64,000 bases of DNA from Octopus bimaculoides (lineage: Eukaryota): NCBI RefSeq assembly GCF_001194135.2, contig NC_068981.1, positions 199,023,711 to 199,087,710 on the forward strand, in the 5' to 3' direction. Under the pieces are notes generated by a model, which was not told the DNA's origin, did no database searches, and saw only the letters and a list, made by a program, of their open reading frames with translations. A program made the translations under genes and the position numbers. Positions 38,749 through 52,149 of this stretch are shown piece by piece; position 1 is the stretch's first letter; the number at the start of each line of letters is the position of its first letter.

Positions 38749-39049
38749 CATATATATATATATATATGATGATGATGTACCTATATGTATATATAAATGT
38801 ATACACCTGTGTATATGTATATACCCACCCACGTACATTAATAAACAGCATAAAAATCCATTACTTTTTATTACTTTTTACTCATCATGTCTGCATAGCA
38901 TCAACCACACAAGTCTGCACTAACGAAATAATCCAGTTTGCAAAAATCTAATTATATATGCTTGCAGTAAAAAACACCTGGCAATCAGTTTCTGCTAGTC
39001 ATTATGATAAGATTATTCTTATCATCATCATCATCATCATCAAGTCTAG

Positions 39050-41480
39050 CTTGTTCAAATACTGGTATCCTACCCAACAACTGCTGTAGTAGCATGAGGA
39101 TCAGCTGTTACAAAGGCAAAAGAGATGCCTTAAATGAAGTATTTACACAGGGGTCAAATTGCTGGACCATGTCAGGAAAGTTAGACAAACACTTATAACT
39201 CAATTACTGTAAAGACCTATGTGATTTGCGCACCTGTGTAATTTACGCAGGCGATTTCCAGGATAAAATTTGTTAAAAAAAGCTTTTACTCATGTAAAAT
39301 TTGCACCTAAAAGTTTTCAGAATTGCTGATAGAGCCAAGGGGAAAAAGGTTTTCAATTTAGTTGTATTTAACATAATTTCACTTACTTATGATTAGATTT
39401 TATTAAATTTTCATTAAGTAAAAATAATTACTGTTTAACAGGTATCACATTGAAAGCTATTAAATTACAAAGTGTTTGTCTTGTTTATAGTAAACTTTAT
39501 TTTACATTTCTTGCCCACAAGAGATTTTAGCATACTGCTGTACGTCTTCTCAAATCACAATCACAGGGAAAGTTGTTAATAAGAATTATTAATAAGATAA
39601 ATATGCACAGGTATTGCAAATTAAGTTTAATTACTAATAAACATCAGCTTGGATGACGCTTTACTCAACCGACTGAGGAAGGTGACCGATCAAACTGATT
39701 ATGTAAACAGAATCCTTTTCTGCCCACTCTTGATGGAACCTTCAATACGGAATATCGAAATTTGAATCCCTTTCACACGTATAAAATGTCAATCAAACTT
39801 AAAGATTTGTCATTACTGTTATTGTCAGTATGGGCAGAACTTATGAATTGTTTACTGCGAAGGAGAAATTAAATATGTGCTCCATTGTGATAGGTAGAAA
39901 CTCCAACCACTGTAAAATATGGCCTGGACTGTGTTTACCAGCGTAAACGTCAGACTTCAAAAACCAGTTAACCATTTAATGATTTCAGTAAATTTATACA
40001 GAAAAAGTAAGCATTATACCATTCAGCATAAATAAAAGTCAACTTCATTATGCATATTTAAGCCATTATTTTTTCTGTAAAAACCTATTCTGACATTAAA
40101 TGAGTTAACTTCCAGTACAACTTTTTACGTTTTATATGTCATTTTTCAACAAAAAAATTCAGAAGAAATTCTGGAAACAATCCATTCATGCAATTCATGC
40201 CCCCTCTAAAGTCTATTTTTGTGAAAAAAAGGTGTGTAAATTACATGGGTTTTTATGGTACTTTGAAGAGAGTCTAGAAGAGATGCTGTTTGGTTTTATA
40301 CTTGGGAGAATCACTACTGATATTATCTTCCTATTAAGGCAACTGCAGAAGTATTTTGTTAGAAATAAGCCAGTTGGCATTTTGTTGACAAGGAGAAAGT
40401 CTTTAACAGGCTCCCTTGCTCACTAATCTGGTGGTTGCAGCAGAATCTAAGGGTAGACTCATGGCTGGTGAGAGCTGTCCAAGCCAGGCACAGGGTTGCT
40501 ATCAGTAAGATAAGAATTCATAATGAGTGTATTGTTAATTATAAACTTTATTTTACGTTTCTTGCCCACAAGAGATTATGTCTGATCTTTCGCAGACGGC
40601 TGTACGTCTTCACAAACCACGATCACAGGAAAAGTTGTTAAGAATTACCAACAAAAACAAAACTGATAAATACACACACGTATTGCAAATTATGTTTAAT
40701 TACCAGTGCTCAGTTCTCATTCACCTCTTATTCTTCATAGTGTTCCTGGCCATAACAGAGGAGTTTAAGACTAGCTGCCCATGGGATTTCCTCTGGCCTT
40801 GTTCATGTAGCTTAATTTGTTGTAGAAATTCCTGGTATGGAAGCAAAACCTGGAATTAAAGGGCCTTAAAGTTAATTTAGCAAAGATCAAAGTTCTTGTT
40901 AGCAGGAAAACAGATAGGACCAGATTCCCTTCAATAAAATGGACCTGCTTGATACAAGGAAAAGGTTTTGGTAGAAACTCTTTACGATGAACCCAGAGCA
41001 AACAGTGGACTCATAAGAGGTGCAGGGGAGTCACAAAATGATTAACAGAGAAAGTAGACTTTGTCTGTGACAGATGTGCCCAAGAAATAGATTGACCCCA
41101 AATGCCCAGGAAGATTCTTAGAAGATGTAGATTGTTTGTTACCTAGGTAACCTAATTATGAGAAGATGCTCTGAAAGCACAATCACAAGAATCAGAACCC
41201 TCTGGAGAAAATCCAAAGAGCTTCTATTTCTTTCGTTAATGAAAGGCTTCTCTCTCAGAGCAAAAGACAAATTGTATAATGCCTGTGTACAAACAGTAAT
41301 GCTACATGACAGTGAGACATGGGTCTTGAATGTAGAGGACATGCAAAGACCAAAGAAGAAAAAAAAGCAAGATGTACAGCATCAGTGAAAATCTACAAAA
41401 AAGTGCAAATGTTTTGAGAGAAAAATTGGCCCTAAGGGGCATCAGATGTAGTGTGCAAGAGGGAAGAGTGTGCTTGGAGG
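39050..41480 (+). mobile_element. RTE-clade LINE ORF2 fragment split by two insertions
   Basis: CYKGKRDAL...GVKLLDHVRKV (39050-39204); EEMLFGF.LGRITTDIIFLLRQLQ...WLVRAVQA (40261-40530); SVL..LLF.IVFLAITEEFKTSCPW...KGLKVNLAK and KGFSLRAKDKLYNACVQTVMLHDSETW (40704-41480). Confidence 0.85.
39205..40260. mobile_element. Non-autonomous TIR DNA element (Tc1/mariner-pogo-like) inserted at a TA in the RTE
   Basis: Left end TACTGTAAAGACCTATGTGATTTGCGCACCT versus reverse-complemented right end TACCATAAAAACCCATGTAATTTACACACCT; the differences are transitions. The RTE sequence continues across the TA once the element is removed. Confidence 0.75.
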
Positions 41481-41559
41481 GTCAACTTTTCCACATTGTC
41501 ACATAGGCATTTATTGACAAATTCAAGTACATCAATTTATTATTGGTATCAATGTGAAT

Positions 41560-42750
41560 TTCTAATCTAAATATAAGAGCTGGAGGTTTCAGAGCTGTTG
41601 TGCATTGCTATATTCTGTCTCTTTGATTTTCAAAGAGATATTCACATCAGCAGAGAAGCTGGCCTCTGTGACAGTACATACTTTCTTTTGTCTGTCACAA
41701 ACAACAATAACAGAAATTTTGATGGTAATGTTCCACCGATATTCGGTGTGTTGATGTTTTTGTATGTAATCAATAACAGGGATTCTATGCATTTATTCCA
41801 AGACAATCACTTTATACTGTTTCAGCAACAACATTGTGTCACGTACAGAGGTAGTATCTTGATGACAATTTGAGGCAGATGCTTATCACAAATGTGATGT
41901 CCTCCACATAAATGTGGCATAATCGATTGGTTTCATTCTGTGGTTCCAATGGCTTCACTGCATCTTGTTCCTCAAGTATTTTGTAGCAATCTCCTGTTCT
42001 TGGATTGCAAACACATAGCCTTCAAAGTGTGATCTGATGTAGTGGTCATGAGTCCAAGAGAGGCTGCACTTCACGTTGATATTACTGTCTTCTTCAAGTC
42101 TTCATAAAACATATTTATGGTACGTTAGTCCAGATGTTTTGGGGTTGTATGGGAGCTCAAGAAGAGAGAACTTCCCAAGGTGCTCACTACTGACATCTAG
42201 GACATTGTTCTCTTTGCTTTACAGCATTAAGTCTATGCATATATTTTTGTTGTTGTTAAGGAAGTGTTGTTTGTGTGAGACTAAATGACATTCAAAAGCT
42301 GTCTGCACTGATATCAAGTTTCTACCTCATTCATCCCTTCTTCAGTAGAACCTTTCAATATTACTATTTCTCTGGAAGCTTCCAGATGATGTTATTATCT
42401 TGCAGATTTCAACATCTATGAAGTGAATCTCTTTTATACAGACCAGTGCATATGTGTGGCTGCAACTGCATGTTGGAGATTGTTTTTGAAGCAGTCTTAG
42501 TGTTCATTGCCCTGGTCTACTTACTGCCTACGAAATCTCTCTTCCCTGTTAACATGCCTAGCAGCCTACTATGCCTCTTGTGTCTGTTTTGTTTACATTG
42601 AACACGTATTATAGATTTTCTCCCAACTCTGTTTCTGCAAATGGAGGATTATTATTTCCCTGATGAACATCCTGGAAAAAATCCATCAAGCTGCTCCTGA
42701 AAAAAGGAAACAAAAATCATCAAATTTAGCTTGACCATCCTATACATTGC
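41560..42750 (-). mobile_element. R4/Dong-like fragment (zinc knuckle and REL region)
   Basis: SHFEGYVFAIQEQEIATKYL, NRLCHIYVEDITFVISICLKLSSRYYL (degenerate CCHC) and IVVCDRQKKVCTVTEASFSADVNI (REL). Confidence 0.7.
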
Positions 42751-43939
42751 TCAGTATCTCTTTTATTTAAGGGTGTACTTTGTGGAGGTTTGGTCTGCTA
42801 TTTTCTGCAGAATGGGTAACTGACTCACTGTGTGTGTTTACTAAAGCCTAATATGTCTGATGGTAAGCGTTTGGTTTTAAAAAGACAATGGCATCTTTTT
42901 TCTGTTACTGATGGAAATAGAGATTCCAGATTTAAAAAAAAAAAGTATGAAATGATGTAAACAACAAATCTCTTGTTTTCACATTTTACTTTGCAATCAG
43001 TTTTTTTCACTCTTCATTATTCAATATACTTCATTTGGTCTACTCTAGTAAAATATTCTTAATTTACTGACAGTAAAATATATATTACTATAAATTTAGC
43101 CATCATTCACAGTGTCAAAGTAGCTGTGTTAGGGCTGAAAATCTAAATGGTTATGTTTCAATCCCAGGTTTTGGCATGTTGATAAGATTCTATTTTGCTT
43201 TTGAAATTATTACTTATTGAAACTCATCGAGTTTAACTTAGGGAAGATGTGTTAGGAGACATTTTAGTCACACGTTTTTTCTTATATATAATAATCATAA
43301 TTATAATGAGATATTTCCTTGCTCCCTTACATGGAAAACTATTGGGACAATCCAATCTACATATCACCTGATATACATACATGTGTGTATGTACACTCAT
43401 ATGCACACACATGTATGTTTATTATACACATTCATACACATAATAAAGCTATATTTGAACTAAACATTCCTGCATACACAGGGAAAATTCTGGTGAACAT
43501 CCAGCTCAAACAACTGCAAGAACTATCAGACTAAAATCTCTATAAACACCAGTATGGAATCCATAGGTTTAAGACCACCAGTGACATGGTTTTGCCATGC
43601 AGCAAATTCAGTAAAAAGACAATCAAACAATGAATTGTTAGTGAAGCAGATTTGGCCAGTTTTGAAACACTGCACTCAGATTCCAAGTTTAGACCTACAG
43701 TGACATAAAACACAATCAACTCCTTGAGAGAATGGATCACCTGCATAAATATTCACCAACCAATCAGCAATGGCTGGAATGCTTCAGTCAACTGAATTTT
43801 ACTAAATATTTTACTCTACACTCCTCTCCATCAGCAAAAGTTCTATTGTTTCTCTTTTGTTTAATTTCAATATAAACCTCACTTTAACATGGATTTTACA
43901 TTTGCTTTCCAAGTTGCCATGAGTTTTGTATATTGCATC

Positions 43940-45540
43940 CTCACTGGACCATTGTTTAATTGCATTAGAATAATATTACAGTGCATGGAATTAGTTTTAT
44001 ACCACAGGATACTATCTCGCTTCATGGGTGTAATGTTTCACTTCACCGGACCACTATCTCACTTCATTAGACTATTGAGTCGCTTGATTGGACTACTGTC
44101 TCAATTCATAAGAATGCTGTCACATCATTGCACCACTATGTCACTTCACTGGATTACTGTCTCACTTCCTTGGACTACTGCCTCACTTCATTGGACTACT
44201 GTCTCACTCACTGAACCACTGTCTCACTTCATGCGAGTACTGTCACATGTTTGAACCAGTCTCACTGTATTGGAATACTGTCTCACTTTATTGGAATACT
44301 GCCTCATTTCATTGGACTGCTGTCTCACTCCAGTGGACCTTTGTCTCATTTCTACTGTATCACTTCTTTGGACCACTGTCTTACTTCACTGGACCACTGT
44401 TTCATTTCATTGGAGTAATGTCTAACTTCACTGGACCACTGTCTCAGTTCATCAGAGTACTTTCTCACTCTAGTGGACTTCTATCTCACTTCATTGGACT
44501 ACTGTCTCATTTCCTTGGACCACTGTCTNNNNNNNNNNNNNNNNNNNNNNNNNNNNNNNNNNNNNNNNNNNNNNNNNNNNNNNNNNNNNNNNNNNNNNNN
44601 NNNNNNNNNNNNNNNNNNNNNNNNNNNNNNNNNNNNNNNNNNNNNNNNNNNNNNNNNNNNNNNNNNNNNNNNNNNNNNNNNNNNNNNNNNNNNNNNNNNN
44701 NNNNNNNNNNNNNNNNNGACTGCTGTCTCACTCCAGTGGACCTTTGTCTCATTTCTACTGTATCACTTCTTTGGACCACTGTCTTACTTCACTGGACCAC
44801 TGTTTCATTTCATTGGAGTAATGTCTAACTTCACTGGACCACTGTCTCAGTTCATCAGAGTACTTTCTCACTCTAGTGGACTTCTATCTCACTTCATTGG
44901 ACTACTGTCTCATTTCCTTGGACCACTGTCTCACTTCATTGGAGTACTGTCACACTTCATTGGAATACTGTCTCACTTCACTGGACCACTGTCTCATTTC
45001 ATTAGATCACTGTCTCACTTCATTAGACCAGTCTCACTTCATTGGAGTAATGTCTAACTTCACTGGACCACTGTCTCAGTTCATCGGAGTACTTTCTCAC
45101 TCTAATGGATCTTCATCTCACTTCATTGGACTGCTGTATCACTTCCTTGGACCACTGTCTCATTACATTAGACCACTGTCTCACTTCACTGGAGTACTGT
45201 CTCACTTCACTGGAATAGTCTTACTTCACTGGAGTACTGTCTCACTTCACTGGAGTACTATCTCACTTCACTGGAGTACTGTCTCACTTCACTGGAATAC
45301 CATCTCACTTCACTGGAATACCGTTTCACTTCACTGGAATACTGTTTCACTTCACTGGAATACTGTTTCATTTCACTGGAATACTGTCTCATTTTACTGG
45401 AATACTGTCTCATTTCACTGGGGTACTGCCTCAATTCACTGGGGGTACTGTCTCACTTCCTGAGAATTTTGTCTCCCTTCATTGGGGTACTGTCTCACTT
45501 CCTGAGAATTTTGTCTCCCTTCATTGGGGTACTGTCTCAT
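43940..45540. repeat. ~1.6-kb 21-bp minisatellite
   Basis: Unit CACTTCA(T/C)TGG(ACC/AGT/AAT)ACTGTCT; translates as HFIGPLS / LHWSTVS heptads; contains the gap 44529-44717. Confidence 0.95.
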
Positions 45541-46249
45541 ATTGAATTATATTTTCAGATATGCAAGTTTTATTTTCTCCATAAACCATCATTACACACC
45601 AACAACTACTTTGCAATGTCTAGTAAAAAAAATCTTCCCATTCCTTTGATAGAGAGTCACATTACAGTAAGAGGTGGGATGTTACAACAAATATTTGTAG
45701 CTTTTATGGGATTACAAATAAATTCCATGTATGACAAAATGAAACTGTAGCAAATTAAGGAACTTTGGTTAGCAAAGTTAAATTCCAAGTCACATCAGGT
45801 CATATCCACAGACTGAGATGCAGATATTTAGGCTTCATAACAAGAATGATATCACTTAAACGTCATGTCAATGACTTAGAATTTGAAAAATATTTAATGT
45901 CACATACAAGATCATTTTCCAAGTAATTCTTGAAGCAAATATTTTGTTTTGAGTATAGAAAGGTCAACATATTACCACAGTTTTAATTCTTTTCTCATGT
46001 TGACAGAGGTTATGTGCAGGAGGAGGAGAAGGAGGCCTGTTCTTGTACAGTGTATTTTATTCAATACTTTGATTATTCTAACAATGGCTGGTTTAGCTGT
46101 CACTCTCCTGTAACTGTGAAATGGTAGCTCGTTAAACACACTATAACAGCTAATTGCTTTAGGTACCTCTGCACTCGTAAATATCTTCTTGATCCTCTCA
46201 TTCATGATCCAGAAGAACATCAAAAATGTAACAGCAGGAGGGAGAGAGG

Positions 46250-46400
46250 AAAGGCTGTGAAAGTCAACTGGTGCTCTTTTCCAGCTGAGTAGACTGCAGC
46301 AGTGTGAAATGAAGTGCCTTGCTCAAGGACACAACGCACTGCCCTGTCCAAGAATCAAAACAAATGATTTTATAATCTCAAACACATCACCCTAACCCAT
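46250..46400 (-). mobile_element. SINE family B fragment
   Basis: CAGCTGAGTAGACTG.AGCA...AAGTGCCTTGCTCAAGGACACAA is the reverse complement of the core at 11690-11740. Confidence 0.6.
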
Positions 46401-48124
46401 GCACCACATGATTGATTGGCACCATTCTGATATGAAACTAGGGCCCCTTTTGTAAGAGTGTTAACAGTTTGGGAGATAAAAAGGAAAATAAAAGGAAATA
46501 TTCATGACCTCGTTAAGTTCCTCCCATTCTTTGATTAATTAATTCTAAGACTCAATGATGTCTTTTAGTCACAGACAAAACAAAAAAAAAACTAAGACTA
46601 GTAATGTAAAATAAATAATAATAGAATGACTCAATGAAGGATATTTGTTGTTTTAGGTCAGTTCTGGGATGCTGACAACAGTAAAGATGTCAGATGTAAA
46701 TGAATGTTTGAAACTAGTCCTGGCTCTGATGAAAATCATGGTTTTCCACACTTGATATCATCATTGAAGAAGAAGAAGAATTTTAGAATATTTCATTTCC
46801 AAATAAGATTGTCTTATTTCTAGATGAGAACTCAGTTCTTGTGTGGATTTGATCAAGGAACTCATATCCCAAAATAAAGGGTTAACAACATTGTTATGAA
46901 GTAGGTCACTGATCCAGGGACATATTCAGGAATAAGTCATGTGACAAGAACAGAAGATCAATGCGAAGAAAATTGTACAGACAACACACAGTGTGGATAT
47001 AACATACTCTAGATGTAACACATTGTAGATGTAACACAGTGTGGATGTCACTCAGTCTAGATTTAAAATTGAGGATTTAGCACAGTGTAGATGTAACAGT
47101 GTGGTTATAACAGTAGCAATTATTGCTAATTAGTTTTAACACCTGATATTACATACTTCAGGTTGTTATACACTAAACAATGTGTAAAAATGAAAGAAAT
47201 GACTGAAGAAAGTTAATTGATATGTGATGAAAGATTTGAAATGAAGATCATAGTTTGATATGTAAATTGAGAAAAACCAAATACTAGCATTATTTTAGAT
47301 CTGTGTATAATAGAGAAGGATTCAAAGAAATTCTTAAAATTGGAGAAAGATCAATACTTTATAGGGAAGCAATTGAACCATAAGTTAAACTATTTCTACT
47401 TGATTAATATGTCTCAAACCTGATGACTTTAGAAATGTGATACATCATACATCATTTAATGTTTGTAAGACAAATTACTGTATTCAGATTATAATCTTGT
47501 GTAATTAATAACAGTGTAATAATTAAGGTATGGAAATTGGAAGAAGAAAATTAGAAAATATATCTCCATAAATATTATTTTGATTGCTGAGAATATAATT
47601 AAGAGTTAGATATTGTACATGTCCCAATGGCTTTTGTCAATGCTGGAGCCCAGTAACTTTAGTGCCATCGTAACGTCATCAACAAACACAAAGTACAAAG
47701 GGGAGCTCCAGTTATTCAGTTGTTAATACAAAAAATACTGCAAGGTATTTCTCTTGAAATATATCAGTGTTCATTCAACACCTATTCCTCATCATCATCA
47801 TCATAGACATACTATAGAAAGAAATTACATCTTTTCCTGCCAAAAGTTCTTTCTCACTAATCTTATACAGTCATATTTTGGTCCAAACAGATCTCTTGTT
47901 TCCTCTAAACAAACCATATGATGGGAGTAGCAAAATAGTTATGCTTTCACACTTCCTGTCGCTCTTTTTTTGGTTCATTATATTGAAAACCCATGACTTG
48001 CTGGTACTAAATATTTTCTTGTTTCTGCCTCTTTGTTTTTCCTTCAACAAATTGTTGAAGGAGAAATACAATTCCAAAGCTGAGTTCTGGAAGTGTTTTG
48101 TGTGTGTGTGTGTGTGTGTGTGTA

Positions 48125-49200
48125 CAACTGGACCCTCTGCCTAATCTCCTCAGGACACCCCTGCCACATGTGATCTCTCTAATTGCAGTAAGGCTCAGTG
48201 TTTTGCAATTGGCCTTCAGTACTTCCCATGTCTTCTGGGGTCTTTCATTTCCACAACTTCCCTCTATTTTTAGTGATCAGCACTTCTTTATGCAACTGTC
48301 CTTCTCAATCCACATCACATGACCAAACCAGTACATTCTCCTCTCTTGCCCACTACACACAATCCTTCTTATGCCCAACTTCTCTCTCAATACATCAATA
48401 CTTTGTGTGCACTGGGTACACTGAATGGAATTTCTGCCTACACTCTTCCTACATATTGAGCAAGGCCATTTACTTGAAGGGTGAAGGGTCCTGTCCGATT
48501 TCTTGCTAAGACCTTGGTCTTTGCTACGTTTACTTTAAGATCCTTTGATTCCAGGTTCTGTTTCCACACCTGGAATTTCTTTTATAATTCTGTTACAGAT
48601 TCTGCTGTGAGGGCATGATCATCAGCATATAGGAGTTTACATGGGCTCCCAACCTTAAATTGCTGTTGTGGTTTGGAGGACGATGATGACTAGGATGGGG
48701 TTGAGAACTGACCCTATGAGGAAACCTACCTGCACATTAAATCTGTCACTGTACCCATGGCCAACTTTTACCTTATTAACAGCAACCCTGGTCTTTACTG
48801 CTTTCACAAGCCATTCGTTTATCCCTTGCTTCCTCACAGACCACCATATCACAGTGTGAGGTACTCTGTTAAAGGCTTTCTCTTGACCAACAAATGCCAA
48901 GAACCACAGCTTGTTCTTAGCTAAATACTTCTCTTGCAGTTGCCTGAACATGAAAATAGCATCAGTGGTGCTTCTCCCTGGGGACAAAGCCAAACTACAT
49001 TTCATCTTGTCTAATTCTGTTCCAAATTAATTGGGTTATATCTCCCTCCATAACTGTTATCACTTGGCCCAGCAATCTAGACTTACTTCTGTCTAAGGCA
49101 TTTCCTTTTCCCTTGTGGCAGTTGACTGCAATGCTGCTGCACCAGTCACCAGGGATTTCACCTTCCTGAATAACCTGATAAACTCTATCTCTTTGAATTT
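48125..49200 (-). mobile_element. RTE-clade LINE ORF2 fragment with internal deletion
   Basis: IPGDWCSSIAVNCHKGKGNALD, PGRSTTDAIFMFRQLQEKYLAKNK...EKAFNRVPH, LLYADD (48610-48630), WKQNLESKDLKVNVAKTK and C-terminal LREKLGIR...WFGHV. Confidence 0.88.
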
Positions 49201-50556
49201 GCAGACCCAACCAACAAGCAAAACAAGACAAAGCATAGAATCATATTTAAAGAATTAGGAGTCGGACCAAAAGATGAACACAATATTACAAAAAAAAAAA
49301 CAAGAAGATTTTGATGACCTCTGCAATTTCTACTTTTACAATTAGATTTATATTTTAAAGATTACTCAAATTAGTATGGATCAGTAAAACGAGAACAGAC
49401 ATTTTAAATTAATTACTGCAACCAATGACATTTATGTAACAATTAAAAAAGTAGTCAATATAATAAAAAAAAATGCCAAATTATGTTTAGTGAAAGAAAT
49501 GTTTGTAAATGATGGAAACAGCAGAATGAATGTAAGGAAGAAAAACCTTTTTCATTGATGAGGATAAAGAAATGTTGAAGTAATTGGTTTGTGAGAGCAA
49601 TTAAAAGAAGGCTACTGATGTTTGATAGTAAAAAAGAAAAAAAGAAGCAACAGCAATAGAGCTGGTTTCATTTAATTACAATTAACAAGTAAACTAATTC
49701 CAATAAGATTTCAATTTCATTTATATTTGTTTAATTAATGTTTTTATTCTATTTCTGGAATTGGTAGTGATGGTCAGTACCACAACAAATTAAATACTCA
49801 GAGATAACTTCAAAGAGTTTTCTCTTTATCTTATGTACGGGAAGGAAGTCAGTTTAGCAAAGACCATTCCACTTTGAGCCATATATCCATGAGAGTAAAG
49901 TGAGAAATAGCATTGATGGAGAATAAAACACATATTGTTTACAGCAAGTTCTTATGATGAGGTACCTCTTTACCCCTAGCTGGTCTATACCATTTAACTG
50001 TGTACTATATTAACCGCAAATACAGTACAGAACAAGTGCCATGAGCAAAACTTCAAACATTTTGAATATCCTCTACGCAACCACTTTAGTCTTCCAATAT
50101 CTGGATCCGGATTAAGTTGCGTAAACCAAAGTAAATCAATACTTAGGTTAATCAGCCCACTTTATTATGACTTGTCTGATAGAACTCAACAAACTTGTCC
50201 TGGATCTACATCAGCTACCTTAGAAATTTGGAATGGTGAATTTAAAGCAGCGACATAGGTAAGTGCTGTATGGAATATACATCGTCTCCAGACATCAAGG
50301 TAGCTGTAGTTACTTGAGGTGTGTAGTTGTTATCAACATCCCTACCATCGTCGTTTAATGTCCATCTTCCATGCTGGCACTTCTTATCAAAGAAATGGGA
50401 AGATTTTTTTTACTAGACATTGCAAAGTAGTTGTTGGTGTGTAATGATGGTTTATGGAGAAAATAAAACTTGCATATCTGAAAATATAATTCAATATGTT
50501 GCATTATTAGCAATTAAAGCTGGTAAGAAACAATTATTCTATGTTGCTCTTATCTC

Positions 50557-50604
<48 letters not shown>

Positions 50605-51145
50605 GGTTTGGTTGACAAGTTAAACTGAAATGAAGACAGCATGATCTTTGTCTATCTCCTTACCTTCTTAGAGGTTTTAGGTATAATTATACTAATGTGT
50701 CCATCTGATTTAATTTAATTAAATTCTATGTCTTTGTGCAGCTGAGGATTGCTCTGCATTTAAATTGATGTAATGGTTGCATTGTTCAATTAAATGGAGT
50801 CACTTGAAACGGTCGTACTGCATTACATCTGGATATCCTGTTGCTTATTTTGATCCTGTCACACATATCTAATATATATCAGTTCTTTCATACATAACTT
50901 CCACATCAATGGCTGTCTTGTGGGGACGCTAAACCTATCGACCTGTTTAACCTCCCCTCCCCCCCCATCTAGATGGTCCTTTGGCAAGTAACATTCTGTT
51001 AAATATTCCAATCAAATCTTCAATGAGAAGATAACTTGATGAAATTCTTTACTACCTCAACCTGTTAGTTTCAGTCTCTCTTTCACCAACCATGCTGTAG
51101 CAATTTATAAATGTCATGACTGTTACCATAGCAGCAATAAAATAT

Positions 51146-51391
51146 GGCGTAGTGGTTAAGAGCGCGAGCTACTAACCCCAAGATTCCGAGTTCGATTCCA
51201 AGCAGTGACCTGAACAATAATAATAATAATAATAATAATAACAACAACAACATCGAAAAATACCTTAGGAATGAGCACCCAGGTTTGAAATTTCCCCAAG
51301 ACACCTGATGAAGGCTGGAGGGTATATCAGCTGAAACGTTGTGTTAACAACAAACAAGATGAGGACAAATATCCGTCAAATGTAAATAATG
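51146..51391 (+). mobile_element. tRNA-headed SINE with (AAT)n linker and hammerhead-like 3' module
   Basis: A box TGGCGTAGTGG (51145-51155), B box GTTCGATTCC (51190-51199), (AAT)n(AAC)n linker and 3' module. Candidate TSD AATAAAATAT at 51136-51145 and 51392-51401. Confidence 0.8.
51300..51345 (+). ncRNA. Minimal type I hammerhead ribozyme-like motif
   Basis: GACAC-CUGAUGA-A-GGCUG[GAGGGUAUAU]CAGCU-GAAAC-GUU-GUGUU: intact core, 5-bp stem I, 5-bp stem II, and palindromic AACGUU in place of stem III. Confidence 0.6.
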
Positions 51392-52149
51392 AATAAAATA
51401 TTTGTTGTACAAGATGAAGTATAATATTACGATCAAAGTCAGCCATTTTTATATTTGTGATTGCAGTTATTTCACATAATCCTCTGATCCCTTTGAGAAT
51501 ATCATCAATGTCACAACTTGTATTAAGTCCCTGATGTCAATAGACTAATTACCCATTAATGGATACCTCTGACACCAAAACCTTAAAGAAGTGGTGACCT
51601 TCTGGTAATGATGTTTGGCTCATGATCATAAGGCTGAGAGTTCAATTTCTGACCTAGGTAGTGCATTGTATTCTTGAAGAGATTAGTCAGTAACCTACAA
51701 TGAAGAGAAAGCAATAATAGCAGAAAAATGGTGGGTGGGAAGGGCAAGAGTACTCAATAATGTAGGGTGTGTGTGCCTTTGTTGAGTTGAACATGAAAGA
51801 GAAACAGGATAAAGAGTGATGACATCAGAAAGAACAGAATATGTGGGTGAAAGCAGCCCTAGTATGATGATGATGGTGGTGGAGAGAGAGCTATTGGGGG
51901 TTGCAGTATGAGGTGAGTGAGTGACAATGACAGAGGTGGACGTAACAAAGTCGAATTCTCTTTGTTTTCGGTAAATTGGAATATTCCAAATACACATTTA
52001 TCACTGATGAGTGGATGAGTTATTAATTTCGATTGATTTATTGGCTGAATGAATATTTTGATCACAATATCTTTAATGTAGATGTTTTGTCTAAAGAAAA
52101 TATGATGCTGCCATCACATTATTGTATTCTTTGATAACCTTTTTCACTT

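Noticed and set aside
44313-44930. Exact ~215-bp duplication on both sides of the 44529-44717 gap, suggesting a ~405-bp higher-order repeat
   Set aside because: Identical sequence flanking a gap is typical of overlapping contig ends, so it cannot be called real without long reads.
50000-50265. 87-codon + strand open frame followed by GTAAGT
   Set aside because: The stop codon lies immediately before the donor, the other frames are closed and no homology is recognisable.
51146-51205. tRNA-like sequence as a functional tRNA gene
   Set aside because: No complete acceptor stem or oligo-T terminator; it continues into a SINE body.
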